From positions 256,001-320,000 of the forward strand of contig JAFWDK010000010.1 in NCBI GenBank assembly GCA_017513085.1: a stretch of DNA of 64,000 bases. Reading direction: 5' to 3'. The notes below the pieces were generated by a model, which saw only the letters and a list, made by a program, of their open reading frames with translations, was not told the origin of the DNA and did not search any database. The stretch is from Clostridiales bacterium. Lineage in GTDB: Bacteria; Bacillota; Clostridia; Saccharofermentanales; Saccharofermentanaceae. Position numbers and translations under genes: made by a program. Positions 39,568-48,396 of this stretch are shown here, piece after piece. The first letter of the stretch is position 1. The number at the start of each line of letters is the position of its first letter.

Positions 39568-40529
39568 AAATTAATCCGATACTACCAATATGGTTAATGA
39601 GCATCCTTTGTGTATTGATGCTTTGTATGAAACGAAAAGGTGTCTGGAATTATATTCGACAGATTCTCATCGTTGTGCTGCTTTTTGCCCTAAACCTTCG
39701 AATCATGGTGTTTTCACACGAAGTCGAAAAAAGAGAATTGGATCTTGATGTCCTTTTTGTTGTGGATAATTCCATGAGTATGCTGGCTGAGGACTTTGAC
39801 GGAGATGGACGAAGGATCGATGCAGTCAGAGATGATTGTCAGTATATTATGGATAAACTTCCGGGAGCGAGGTTTTCCGTGGTGTCATTCGGTAATTATG
39901 CCTATCGTCTGACGCCGTATACTTCTGATATCACAGCGCTGAAAACTGCTCTGTCTTCTTTGGAAGGACAGACACAGTATTATGCAAGTGGTACGTCACT
40001 GAATCAGCCTGTTATCGTGGTTAAAGAGGCATTAGAAAAGAATCGTGAGCGGAATCCGGAAAGAACACAGGTCTTGTTTTACTTTAGCGATGGTGAGATT
40101 ACGGCCAAAGAAAAACTTGAATCATATTCAAGCCTTGCTAAATTGATCGACGGCGGTGCCGTGATCGGCTATGGTACCGAGGAGGGTGGACGCATGAAAG
40201 TTCACAGCTATGAAGGTGACCATGGAGAACCGTTCTACATGATGACCCGTGATAAAAAGACCGGAAAGATGGTTGAAGCTATCTCTCATCTTGATGAGAG
40301 CAATTTGAAACAGATCGCTAAGGATCTTGATGTGGATTATTATCTCTCAGAGAATTCTGCTTCGATCAGAGAGCTTTTGCTGGATGTTACTGACTACCTT
40401 GAAAATCTTTCAAGTGAAGGCTTGACCGGCACGGAAGGCTATTCCGAAACATATTTCTGGTTTGCTATTCCACTGGTTGCTCTTCTTGCTTATGACCTTA
40501 TATATTATAAGAGGAGGTTGAGAGGATGA
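39564..40529 (+). CDS. VWA-domain membrane protein (BatB-like)
   Basis: MIDAS DNSMSM, GTSL, FSDGE, GYGTEEGG; start moved to ATG 39564. Confidence 0.88.
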   Translation: MKINPILPIWLMSILCVLMLCMKRKGVWNYIRQILIVVLLFALNLRIMVFSHEVEKRELDLDVLFVVDNSMSMLAEDFDGDGRRIDAVRDDCQYIMDKLPGARFSVVSFGNYAYRLTPYTSDITALKTALSSLEGQTQYYASGTSLNQPVIVVKEALEKNRERNPERTQVLFYFSDGEITAKEKLESYSSLAKLIDGGAVIGYGTEEGGRMKVHSYEGDHGEPFYMMTRDKKTGKMVEAISHLDESNLKQIAKDLDVDYYLSENSASIRELLLDVTDYLENLSSEGLTGTEGYSETYFWFAIPLVALLAYDLIYYKRRLRG

Positions 40530-41266
40530 AAAAGAAGATCATCATTGTCGCATTTACTCTTGTTGGACTTATACTTAGTAAATTTGCATTTACTTTTGTG
40601 TACAATGAATGGGTTATTTCCAAATACGAAGAAAAAGATTATTCAGAAAACTTCAGTCTTTTGGAGATGCTTAACATTACTGAACCATATATAGTTTTTT
40701 ATAACAATGGAAATGTACAGTATCAGTTGAAGAATTATGAAGAAGCAATCAGGTATTACGAAGAGGCATTGGAGAAAGATCCACCGGAAGGAAAAGAGTG
40801 CCCGGTACGCATAAATCTTGCTCTTGCTAAACTTGGTCTTCTTGGGAACGATTGTTTCTCGAGAGAGAATATCGATGACACGATTGAGCTTTTAAAAGAG
40901 TGTCTGGAGATCCTTTCCGAGGAAGAGTGTGCAACAGATGACGGTGATGGTCATGATAACCGTGCGCAGAGACTCTATGATGAGATCAAAGAACTCCTGG
41001 AGCAGGCACAGCAGGAAAAGCAGAAGCAGGAGGAATCTTCTGAATCTTCTGATTCTTCTGAATCATCTGAATCATCTGAATCTTCGAGCGATGGTGATGG
41101 AGAGACCACGCAGGAAACAGGTTCTGGTGATGGCGGCCGTCAAAGTCTACTGGAAAGCCAGCTTCAAAGCCAGATGGAGAGTGCTGCAAGAGTTCGTGAG
41201 ACGCAAAGACGCCAGAATGAGTCGAATGAATGGAACTGGTATTATGATGAAGAACCTGTTTGGTAA
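40526..41266 (+). CDS. TPR protein with low-complexity tail (BatC-like)
   Basis: N-terminal TM, YNNGNVQY..YEEAIRYYEEAL TPR, Ser/Glu-rich linker, terminal W. Confidence 0.8.
   Translation: MKKKIIIVAFTLVGLILSKFAFTFVYNEWVISKYEEKDYSENFSLLEMLNITEPYIVFYNNGNVQYQLKNYEEAIRYYEEALEKDPPEGKECPVRINLALAKLGLLGNDCFSRENIDDTIELLKECLEILSEEECATDDGDGHDNRAQRLYDEIKELLEQAQQEKQKQEESSESSDSSESSESSESSSDGDGETTQETGSGDGGRQSLLESQLQSQMESAARVRETQRRQNESNEWNWYYDEEPVW
41033..41086 (+). repeat. 9-bp coding tandem repeat x6 (ESS)
   Basis: GAATCTTCT / GATTCTTCT / GAATCATCT units. Confidence 0.9.
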
Positions 41267-41311
41267 TTTTGTGTTGCGTTTTAACTGATATTGGATTATT
41301 ATCTTTACAGC

Positions 41312-41449
41312 GTATCCTTTAATCTATTCCAGGAGAGAATAGAAAGGTCGTCTGATAACGATAATCTACCTCCGCTTTGCGGAAGCATATTTTGATATAA
41401 GACCGACTTTTTAAGGGTACTTACGTACAATTACGGAGTCGGTTTTTTG
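41312..41449 (+). promoter_or_regulatory. PyrR-binding attenuator leader
   Basis: Binding loop CCTTTAA-TCTATTC-CAGGAGA-GAATAGA-AAGG (41316-41347); terminator ACCGACT/AGTCGGT-T5 (41402-41448); antiterminator AAAGGTCG pairs CGACTTTT; promoter TTGCGT-17-TATTAT at 41274-41302. Confidence 0.85.
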
Positions 41450-41479
41450 TACTCCGAAAAGCAGGAAGGAGTGGTATTT

Positions 41480-42031
41480 TTGAAGGATTTTCATGAAAAA
41501 ACTCTGATCATGGATGAACAAGCTATTCATCGTGCTTTGATCCGAATTGCGCATGAGATCATTGAGAAGAACAAAGGCCTTGAGAACGTCGTCCTGATCG
41601 GTATTCAGAGAAGAGGAGTTCCTATGGCTGACCGGATCGCCAAAGTCTTGGAAGAGGTTGAAGGAACGAAACCGGATGTTGGTATACTGGACATCACTTT
41701 TTATAGAGATGATTTGTCTACACTGGCTGCGCATCCTGTGGTAAACGGCACTGCTATTCATTTCAATATTAATGACAAGAAAATCGTCTTGATCGATGAT
41801 GTTCTTTATACCGGAAGAACGGTTAGAGCAGCGATCGAGGCGATTTTTGATATGGGGAGACCTGCCTGCATACAGTTGGCGACTCTTGTGGATCGTGGAC
41901 ACAGACAGTTGCCGATCAGATCTGATTATGTGGGTAAGAATGTACCAACATCGAACACCGAATTGATATCTGTTCAGTTCTCTGAAATAGATGGATGTGA
42001 TAAGGTAGTTCTTTGTGAAGAGGTGAAATAA
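41480..42031 (+). CDS. pyrR: Pyrimidine operon attenuation protein / uracil phosphoribosyltransferase
   Basis: [40 protein letters not shown]; TTG start after AAGGAG. Confidence 0.95.
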   Translation: MKDFHEKTLIMDEQAIHRALIRIAHEIIEKNKGLENVVLIGIQRRGVPMADRIAKVLEEVEGTKPDVGILDITFYRDDLSTLAAHPVVNGTAIHFNINDKKIVLIDDVLYTGRTVRAAIEAIFDMGRPACIQLATLVDRGHRQLPIRSDYVGKNVPTSNTELISVQFSEIDGCDKVVLCEEVK

Positions 42032-42960
42032 TGGGATTACAAAGTAAGGATTTATTAGGGTTAAAACAGTTGACCGCAGACGAGATCATGGAGATTTTGG
42101 ATACGGCCAAGATGATGAAAATGGTGTTGACTTCCGGAAATAAGAAAACATCACATCTTCAGGGAAAGTCGGTAGTAACTCTCTTTTATGAGAACAGCAC
42201 GAGAACACGTCTTTCTTTCGAATTGGCATCAAAATATATGGGTTCGGCAAGCGCAAACATCTCCACGTCCGGCAGCTCTGTTAACAAAGGCGAATCTTTG
42301 CTGGATACAGCAAGAACGATCGATATGATGGCAACAGACATCATCATCATGCGTCACAGTCAGTCAGGCGCTCCGCATTATCTTGCCCCAAGAGTCAAGG
42401 CTTCGATCGTTAATGCCGGTGATGGTATGAATGAACATCCGACACAGGCTCTTCTGGATATGTTTACACTCTATGAAAAATATGGTCATCTCGATGGCCT
42501 GAAAGTAGCGATTTGCGGTGATTTGTATCACAGCCGTGTAGTAAGAAGCAATGTGATCGGTCTTACCAAACTCGGTTCAACAGTGTCCGTAGCCGGCCCG
42601 CGTACTATGGTTCCTATCGGACTTGAAAAGATGGGCTGCACGGTTTGCCGTTCGGTCTCTGAAGCGGTTAGAGACGCCGATGCAGTAATGGGACTTCGGG
42701 TACAGCTGGAAAGACAACAGAAGTCGCTTTTCCCGTCTGTAGCGGAATACGCAAGATTTTATTCAATTTCCGAGGATGTGCTTAAACTTGCTAAACCGGA
42801 TGCTTATCTGCTTCATCCGGGTCCTTGTAATCATGGAGTGGAACTTCCGACCAGTGTGTATGATTGTCCACAATCTGTTATCAATGAACAAGTTACGAAC
42901 GGTGTTGCCGTCCGTATGGCTGTACTGTACTTATTAATGGCAAGGAGAAATCAGGAATGA
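42031..42960 (+). CDS. pyrB: Aspartate carbamoyltransferase
   Basis: FYENSTRT, KGES, HPTQALLD, HSRV, RVQLER, HPGP. Confidence 0.96.
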   Translation: MGLQSKDLLGLKQLTADEIMEILDTAKMMKMVLTSGNKKTSHLQGKSVVTLFYENSTRTRLSFELASKYMGSASANISTSGSSVNKGESLLDTARTIDMMATDIIIMRHSQSGAPHYLAPRVKASIVNAGDGMNEHPTQALLDMFTLYEKYGHLDGLKVAICGDLYHSRVVRSNVIGLTKLGSTVSVAGPRTMVPIGLEKMGCTVCRSVSEAVRDADAVMGLRVQLERQQKSLFPSVAEYARFYSISEDVLKLAKPDAYLLHPGPCNHGVELPTSVYDCPQSVINEQVTNGVAVRMAVLYLLMARRNQE

Positions 42961-44216
42961 AGAGGATTGAGATTCAAAATGCGACGCACTTCTCCACAAA
43001 TGAGAAGATAACACTTTATATTGAAAATGGTGTTTTTGTAGATGCTCTTTCGGAGAAGGCAGATGAGGTGATAGATGCGGAAGGCCTGACAGTCATGCCT
43101 GGCCTTGTGGATATGCATTGCCATTTGCGTGAACCCGGATTTGAGTATCGCGAAGATATTAAGACCGGAACCTTGAGCGCAGCTAAGGGCGGTTTTTCCA
43201 GTGTTTGCTGTATGCCGAACACTAAACCGGTCTGTGATAATGCGGCTGTTGTTGAGGGTATCCTTCGCAAAGCTGAATTAGTAGGATCAGCGAATGTTTT
43301 CCCGATCGGCGCTGCCAGTAAGGGCCTGGAAGGAAAAGAAATCGCGGAAATGGGCCTGATGAAGGAAGCTGGAATCGTTGCGGTTTCTGACGATGGAAAA
43401 CCGATTGCTACGGCTAATCTTTTGAAAAAAGTACTTGAATATGCTTCCGACTTTGATCTGCCGGTCCTCAACCATTGTGAAGACCTTACTATAGGTGAGG
43501 GCGCAATGAATGATGGTGCGGTGGCTACTTCGCTCGGCTTACGCGGAATCCCGGCTATTGCTGAAGAAATTATGATTTCAAGAGATATACTGACTGCTGA
43601 GTATCTTGATATGCCGATACACATCTGTCATGTCAGTACGGCACGTGGAATCGACTTGATCCGCCAAGCGAAGAAAAGAGGCGTAAAGGTGACATGTGAA
43701 ACATGTCCGCATTACTTCTCATTAACTGAAGATAAGTGTGTTAACTACGACTCCAACTTTAAGATGAATCCTCCGCTTAGAACAGAAGCGGATAGAAAAG
43801 CTGTTATCGAAGGCTTAAAGGATGGGACGATCGATTGCATCGTTACTGATCATGCTCCTCACCATGTGGATGAGAAGGATATCGAGTTTTCTCTGGCTAA
43901 CAACGGTATTATAGGTTTTGAAACTGCTTTTGCCGTAGGTTATACATATCTTGTTAAGCCTGGATATCTTACGCTGACAGAAATGGTAGAAAAAATGACA
44001 ATCAATCCGTCAAAGATTTTACGGCTCGGTCGTGGTACACTGGATAGAGGCGTTCCGGCAGATCTGACTCTGGTCGATCTGAAGCAGGAGTTTGTATATA
44101 CGAAGGAAGAGATCCTGAGTAAATCAACAAATTCACCATATATCGGTGAATCTTTGCAGGGACGTGTTAAAGTGACGATCACGGGAGGAAAGATTACATA
44201 TGATGAACTTCGCTGA
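42957..44216 (+). CDS. pyrC: Dihydroorotase
   Basis: DMHCHLREPG, MPNT, HCED, HICHVS, KMNPPLR, TDHAPH. Confidence 0.95.
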   Translation: MKRIEIQNATHFSTNEKITLYIENGVFVDALSEKADEVIDAEGLTVMPGLVDMHCHLREPGFEYREDIKTGTLSAAKGGFSSVCCMPNTKPVCDNAAVVEGILRKAELVGSANVFPIGAASKGLEGKEIAEMGLMKEAGIVAVSDDGKPIATANLLKKVLEYASDFDLPVLNHCEDLTIGEGAMNDGAVATSLGLRGIPAIAEEIMISRDILTAEYLDMPIHICHVSTARGIDLIRQAKKRGVKVTCETCPHYFSLTEDKCVNYDSNFKMNPPLRTEADRKAVIEGLKDGTIDCIVTDHAPHHVDEKDIEFSLANNGIIGFETAFAVGYTYLVKPGYLTLTEMVEKMTINPSKILRLGRGTLDRGVPADLTLVDLKQEFVYTKEEILSKSTNSPYIGESLQGRVKVTITGGKITYDELR

Positions 44217-45183
44217 CAGACTTTTAAAGAAGATCGAAGAGTGCAACAATCCTACGGTTATGGGTTTGGATCCGAAATTGGACTATCTTCCGGCATCCAT
44301 GCTTGACGAAAAAAGAAAGACAGCCGGCGAAGATGCTCAAGCTGTTACCGCTGAGGCACTTTGGGAATACAACCGTCTTCTGATCGATGCGGTATATGAT
44401 GTTATTCCGGCTATCAAACCACAGTTTGCTTACTATGAAATGTATGGTTTGCAGGGACTTGGCGCATTAAAGAAGACAATCGATTATGCACACGAAAAAG
44501 GAATGATCGTTATTGGCGACGCGAAGAGAAATGATATCGGAACGACAGCGACAGCTTATGCGAATGCGATCATCGGAGAAACCCGGATCATCGATGGCTC
44601 CTCCGCATGCATGTTTGATTGCGACTGTATCACAGTTAACGGATATTTGGGAATCGACGGAATCAAACCTTTCATGGATGTTGCCAAAGAAAAAGGCAAG
44701 GGACTTTATGTTCTTGTTCGTACATCCAATCCTTCGGCCGGTGATCTTCAGGATCTGAAACTTGAAGATGGCCGACAAGTATTTGAAGCAATGGCGGAAA
44801 ACGTTGAAAAATGGGGTCAGGAATTGATCGGAGAATCCGGCTTCAGTTCTGTTGGCGCAGTAGTTGGCGCAACATGGCCGGAACAAGCAGTGAAAGCAAG
44901 ACAGATCATGCCACATGCTTTGATTCTAATCCCGGGATATGGTGCGCAAGGTGGATCCGGAAAAGATGCCGTTGCCTCTTTTGTTAATGGAAAAGGCGGT
45001 ATCGTTAATGCTTCCCGTTCACTTATGTGCGCATGGAAAAAACGTGAAGATATTGAACCTATGGCTCTTACAGACATTAAGGGACCTTCCGGCGAAACAC
45101 TGCTCGGATTCCAGAAAGCAACCAGAGAAGAAGCACTTCGTATGCGTGATGATTTGAATAGTGCCCTTCAAGAGAAAGCTTAA
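44203..45183 (+). CDS. pyrF: Orotidine-5'-phosphate decarboxylase (type 2)
   Basis: GLDP, KPQFAYYE, DAKRNDIGTT, RTSNP, VVGAT, PGYGAQGG, NASRS; start 44200 or 44203. Confidence 0.94.
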   Translation: MNFADRLLKKIEECNNPTVMGLDPKLDYLPASMLDEKRKTAGEDAQAVTAEALWEYNRLLIDAVYDVIPAIKPQFAYYEMYGLQGLGALKKTIDYAHEKGMIVIGDAKRNDIGTTATAYANAIIGETRIIDGSSACMFDCDCITVNGYLGIDGIKPFMDVAKEKGKGLYVLVRTSNPSAGDLQDLKLEDGRQVFEAMAENVEKWGQELIGESGFSSVGAVVGATWPEQAVKARQIMPHALILIPGYGAQGGSGKDAVASFVNGKGGIVNASRSLMCAWKKREDIEPMALTDIKGPSGETLLGFQKATREEALRMRDDLNSALQEKA

Positions 45184-45195
45184 TGAGGAGTTTTT

Positions 45196-45978
45196 ATGAA
45201 GTCGGAATATAATGTTCAACTTGTAAACAAAAGAGTCTTGGGCGATACATGCGCTGTATTGACTTTTTCTTGCCCGGAGATCGCCGCAGAGGGGCGTCCG
45301 GGTCAGTTTATCAATCTGTCCTGCTCAAAATTTTTGAAAAGACCTTTCGGAATTATGTGTACAGATAAGGTTTCCGGAACTTTTTCAATCGGAGTTCGTA
45401 AAGTCGGCAAAGGCACAGAACAGATTTTGACTGCCAATGAAGGAGATCAATTTACTGTACTCGGCCCGCTTGGAAACGGTTTTGATTTTGACGGTGTCGG
45501 TAAACTCATCTTAGTTGGTGGCGGCACCGGTATTTTCCCGATATTCTTTGCTGCGGAATATGCGTCAGAACTCGGTATTCCGGTCACAGTCGTAAACGGA
45601 TACCGTTCCAAGGCAGATGCTTTTCTATACGAAGACTTTTCAAAGATCACCGAGAATTTCATGGTGACCACGGACAGTGGAGATCTTGGAATCAAGGGCA
45701 ATGTCATGGCTTGCTTGAGCGAACTCGACAAAGCAATAACAGATGGCGCTACCTGTTTTGTAGTCGGACCGGGAATAATGATGCAGAAAGTATCCGAATG
45801 GGCTATGGCAAATGGACTTTCCTGCTATGTTTCATTGGAGCAGCGGATGGCATGCGGAATCGGTGCTTGCCTGGTATGTGTTTGCAAGATCAAAGCCGAA
45901 CAGGAAGGAAAAGAATTTGTACACAAGAGATGCTGCAAAGATGGTCCGGTTTTCCGTGCTGAGGAGGTGATCTGGTGA
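45196..45978 (+). CDS. pyrK: Dihydroorotate dehydrogenase electron transfer subunit
   Basis: PGQF, RPF, GPLGNGF, GGGTG, MACGIGACLVC...C.DGPVF. Confidence 0.94.
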   Translation: MKSEYNVQLVNKRVLGDTCAVLTFSCPEIAAEGRPGQFINLSCSKFLKRPFGIMCTDKVSGTFSIGVRKVGKGTEQILTANEGDQFTVLGPLGNGFDFDGVGKLILVGGGTGIFPIFFAAEYASELGIPVTVVNGYRSKADAFLYEDFSKITENFMVTTDSGDLGIKGNVMACLSELDKAITDGATCFVVGPGIMMQKVSEWAMANGLSCYVSLEQRMACGIGACLVCVCKIKAEQEGKEFVHKRCCKDGPVFRAEEVIW

Positions 45979-46892
45979 GTATTGCCGTAAAAGTAGGTGA
46001 AGTAAAACTCAAGAATCCGATTATACTTGCATCCGGTACTTGCGGATTTGGCAGAGAACTGGCTGAGTATATGGATCTTGGCAAATTAGGGGCTCTGTCT
46101 TCAAAAGGATTAACACTTCTGCCAAGAGATGGAAACAAGAGTGTCCGTGTTGCGGAGACTCCTTCCGGTATGCTGAATTGTGTAGGATTGCAGAATCCCG
46201 GCGTCGATGCTTTTCTTGAGACGGAATTAGATTATATGGTTCAGACCGGCGCGGGTGTTGTAGTCAATGTGGCAGGGCATTCTGATGAAGATTATCTGGC
46301 CATGGTAGAAAAACTTGATCCTTATAAAGAAAAGATCGATGCTTTTGAATTGAATTTCTCCTGCCCGAATGTAAAAGAAGGATGTATGGTTATCGGTTCT
46401 TCCCCTAAGGCGATCCAGTCACTCGTTTCCCGCTTAAGAAAGCTGACTGATCTCCCGTTGTGGGTAAAGCTGACTCCGAATGTCACATCTGTTTCCGAGA
46501 CTGCCAAAGGCGCGGAAGCGGGTGGTGCAGATGCCATCGTAGCCATAAATACCATGCTGGGAATGGCTATTGATATAAAAACCAGAAGACCTATCCTTCA
46601 TAACAATACGGGAGGACTTTCCGGACCTTGCGTCAAGCCGGTAGCTATCCGTATGGTACATGAGATCTATGACGCCGTGAAGATCCCGGTTGTCGGATGC
46701 GGTGGTATTTCCACCTACGAAGATGTCCTTGAATTCATGATCGCCGGCGCATCGGCAGTTGAACTCGGCACAATTTCTCTTGTACATCCGACACGTCCGG
46801 TTGAGATCGTAAATGACTTGGAACAATACGTAAAACAGAATAATATCGAAGGTTTAGCTTCCTTGACAGGAACGCTGGAAATGTGGAGGTAA
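45975..46892 (+). CDS. pyrD: Dihydroorotate dehydrogenase (NAD+) catalytic subunit
   Basis: ASGT, SKG, GLQNPG, NFSCPN, KLTPN, INT, GGLSG. Confidence 0.95.
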   Translation: MSIAVKVGEVKLKNPIILASGTCGFGRELAEYMDLGKLGALSSKGLTLLPRDGNKSVRVAETPSGMLNCVGLQNPGVDAFLETELDYMVQTGAGVVVNVAGHSDEDYLAMVEKLDPYKEKIDAFELNFSCPNVKEGCMVIGSSPKAIQSLVSRLRKLTDLPLWVKLTPNVTSVSETAKGAEAGGADAIVAINTMLGMAIDIKTRRPILHNNTGGLSGPCVKPVAIRMVHEIYDAVKIPVVGCGGISTYEDVLEFMIAGASAVELGTISLVHPTRPVEIVNDLEQYVKQNNIEGLASLTGTLEMWR

Positions 46893-46898
46893 GATAAC

Positions 46899-47762
46899 AT
46901 GACAACAATTCAAGATTATTTATTTGCAACAAACGCAGTACGAGTAAGCGATCCGGAAAAATCGTTCTGGTATGCTTCCGGTACGCTTGGTCCTTTTTAT
47001 GTAAATACGCATTTCCTGATCGAATCAGAGGAAAAAGCAAATGAACTTCTTTCAAAGATCGAAGACGCAGCTGCCGGCGATCGTACGGATTTTCTGAGTG
47101 CTATTTTCCCGTTCATCAAAAACCAGTATGAAAGATCGGAATCCTACAAGATGGTGATCGATCAGATCGTTTCTAAGGCAAAAGAACTGGAGTTTGATTA
47201 CATCTCCGGTGGAGAACGCCGTGATTTCTTTTTCAGCGTGATGCCTGCATTCATCTTAGGAAAACCGCATGTAAGTATTTTTAAAGATGGTGAAACATAT
47301 TACTCTTCATCTGTGGAAGCCAAAGCGGTCAAAGTTGGAAAAGGAGACCTTTCCGGTAAAAAAGCACTTCATATTGCAGATTTGATCACTGAAGCTTCCA
47401 GTTATACTAATGCATGGATCCCTTCTATCCGAAATCTCGGATCAGAGATCACGGACACCATTGCCGTCATCAACCGTCTTCAGGGGGGAGAAGAGAATCT
47501 TAGAAAAGAAGGCGTGAACATGTACACCTTCGCAAATATTGAATTCTCGCTCTTTAAAGATGCTGCGGAGAAGGGGATCCTCACCGACGCCCAGAAAGAT
47601 ATGGTGGCCCGTTTTATGAAGGATCCGATCGAGTATATGAAAGAGTTTTTGTTAGCGCATCCTTCTTTCATCGACGACCAGATCGCTCTCGGCGGCAAAC
47701 CGAAGCAGCGCGCTGAAATGGCTATTTCCCGTGGATATGTACCGGGAAGAAGTGAAGTATGA
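46899..47762 (+). CDS. pyrE: Orotate phosphoribosyltransferase (long, divergent form)
   Basis: FWYASG..GPFY, ISGGERRD, PRPP motif HIADLITEASS; terminal pyr operon position. Confidence 0.75.
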   Translation: MTTIQDYLFATNAVRVSDPEKSFWYASGTLGPFYVNTHFLIESEEKANELLSKIEDAAAGDRTDFLSAIFPFIKNQYERSESYKMVIDQIVSKAKELEFDYISGGERRDFFFSVMPAFILGKPHVSIFKDGETYYSSSVEAKAVKVGKGDLSGKKALHIADLITEASSYTNAWIPSIRNLGSEITDTIAVINRLQGGEENLRKEGVNMYTFANIEFSLFKDAAEKGILTDAQKDMVARFMKDPIEYMKEFLLAHPSFIDDQIALGGKPKQRAEMAISRGYVPGRSEV

Positions 47763-48319
47763 CGCCCGGCGAAAGGATCACATCAAAACTGAAGATCCCG
47801 TATTCGTTGCAATACGGAAAACGAAGAAGACTAAAGATCACGCTCGATATTCACGGGCGTGTTCTTGCCTTCGCGCCCTTACGTCTGACGATCCGGGAAA
47901 TCGAAAGCTTTATAGAGGAGCATGCAGACTGGATCGAAAAGAACAGAAAAAAGCTTTTGTCCGACATTGTGCTGTCTTCTGATGACAGTATAGAGAAAAA
48001 GAAACGAAAAGCAGACGAACTAAAGCTTTGGGCCGGTTCTTTTCTTGAAAAATACGAGGGAAGACGTCCGAAAAGAATTACGATCCGCGAAATGAGCAGC
48101 AGGTGGGGATCGTGCTCTTCGTCAGGTAATATATCGCTGAATCTTTATCTGTATGAAGTGGACGAGTCTCTCCGCGAATATGTCCTGATACATGAATTGT
48201 CTCATCTTTATCAGATGAACCATTCGCCGTTGTTTTGGAATAAAGTATCCGAGATTTGTCCGGATTACCGTGAGAGACGGAAAGCGCTCCGCAAATATCG
48301 TCTGCCCGGAAAAAGATAA
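47759..48319 (+). CDS. YgjP/DUF45 (M48-like) HEXXH metal hydrolase
   Basis: MSSRWGSCS, YVLIHELSH, NHSPLFW; ATGA overlap with pyrE. Confidence 0.88.
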   Translation: MTPGERITSKLKIPYSLQYGKRRRLKITLDIHGRVLAFAPLRLTIREIESFIEEHADWIEKNRKKLLSDIVLSSDDSIEKKKRKADELKLWAGSFLEKYEGRRPKRITIREMSSRWGSCSSSGNISLNLYLYEVDESLREYVLIHELSHLYQMNHSPLFWNKVSEICPDYRERRKALRKYRLPGKR

Positions 48320-48396
48320 ATCCTGTAAAATGTGTTGTATTTATTGTTTTTTGGTATACTAGAAATTGATCTAATATCGACGATGAGGGCATAAAT

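Noticed and set aside
29810-41086. Tandem repeats as a CRISPR array or Cas4-linked system
   Set aside because: Both repeats are in-frame coding repeats without spacers; no cas genes; the Cas4-like motif belongs to the DinG helicase fusion.
35953-41266. MoxR operon as an island inserted at tRNA-Leu(CAA)
   Set aside because: No integrase, no repeat of the tRNA 3' end, and composition looks like the flanking genes.
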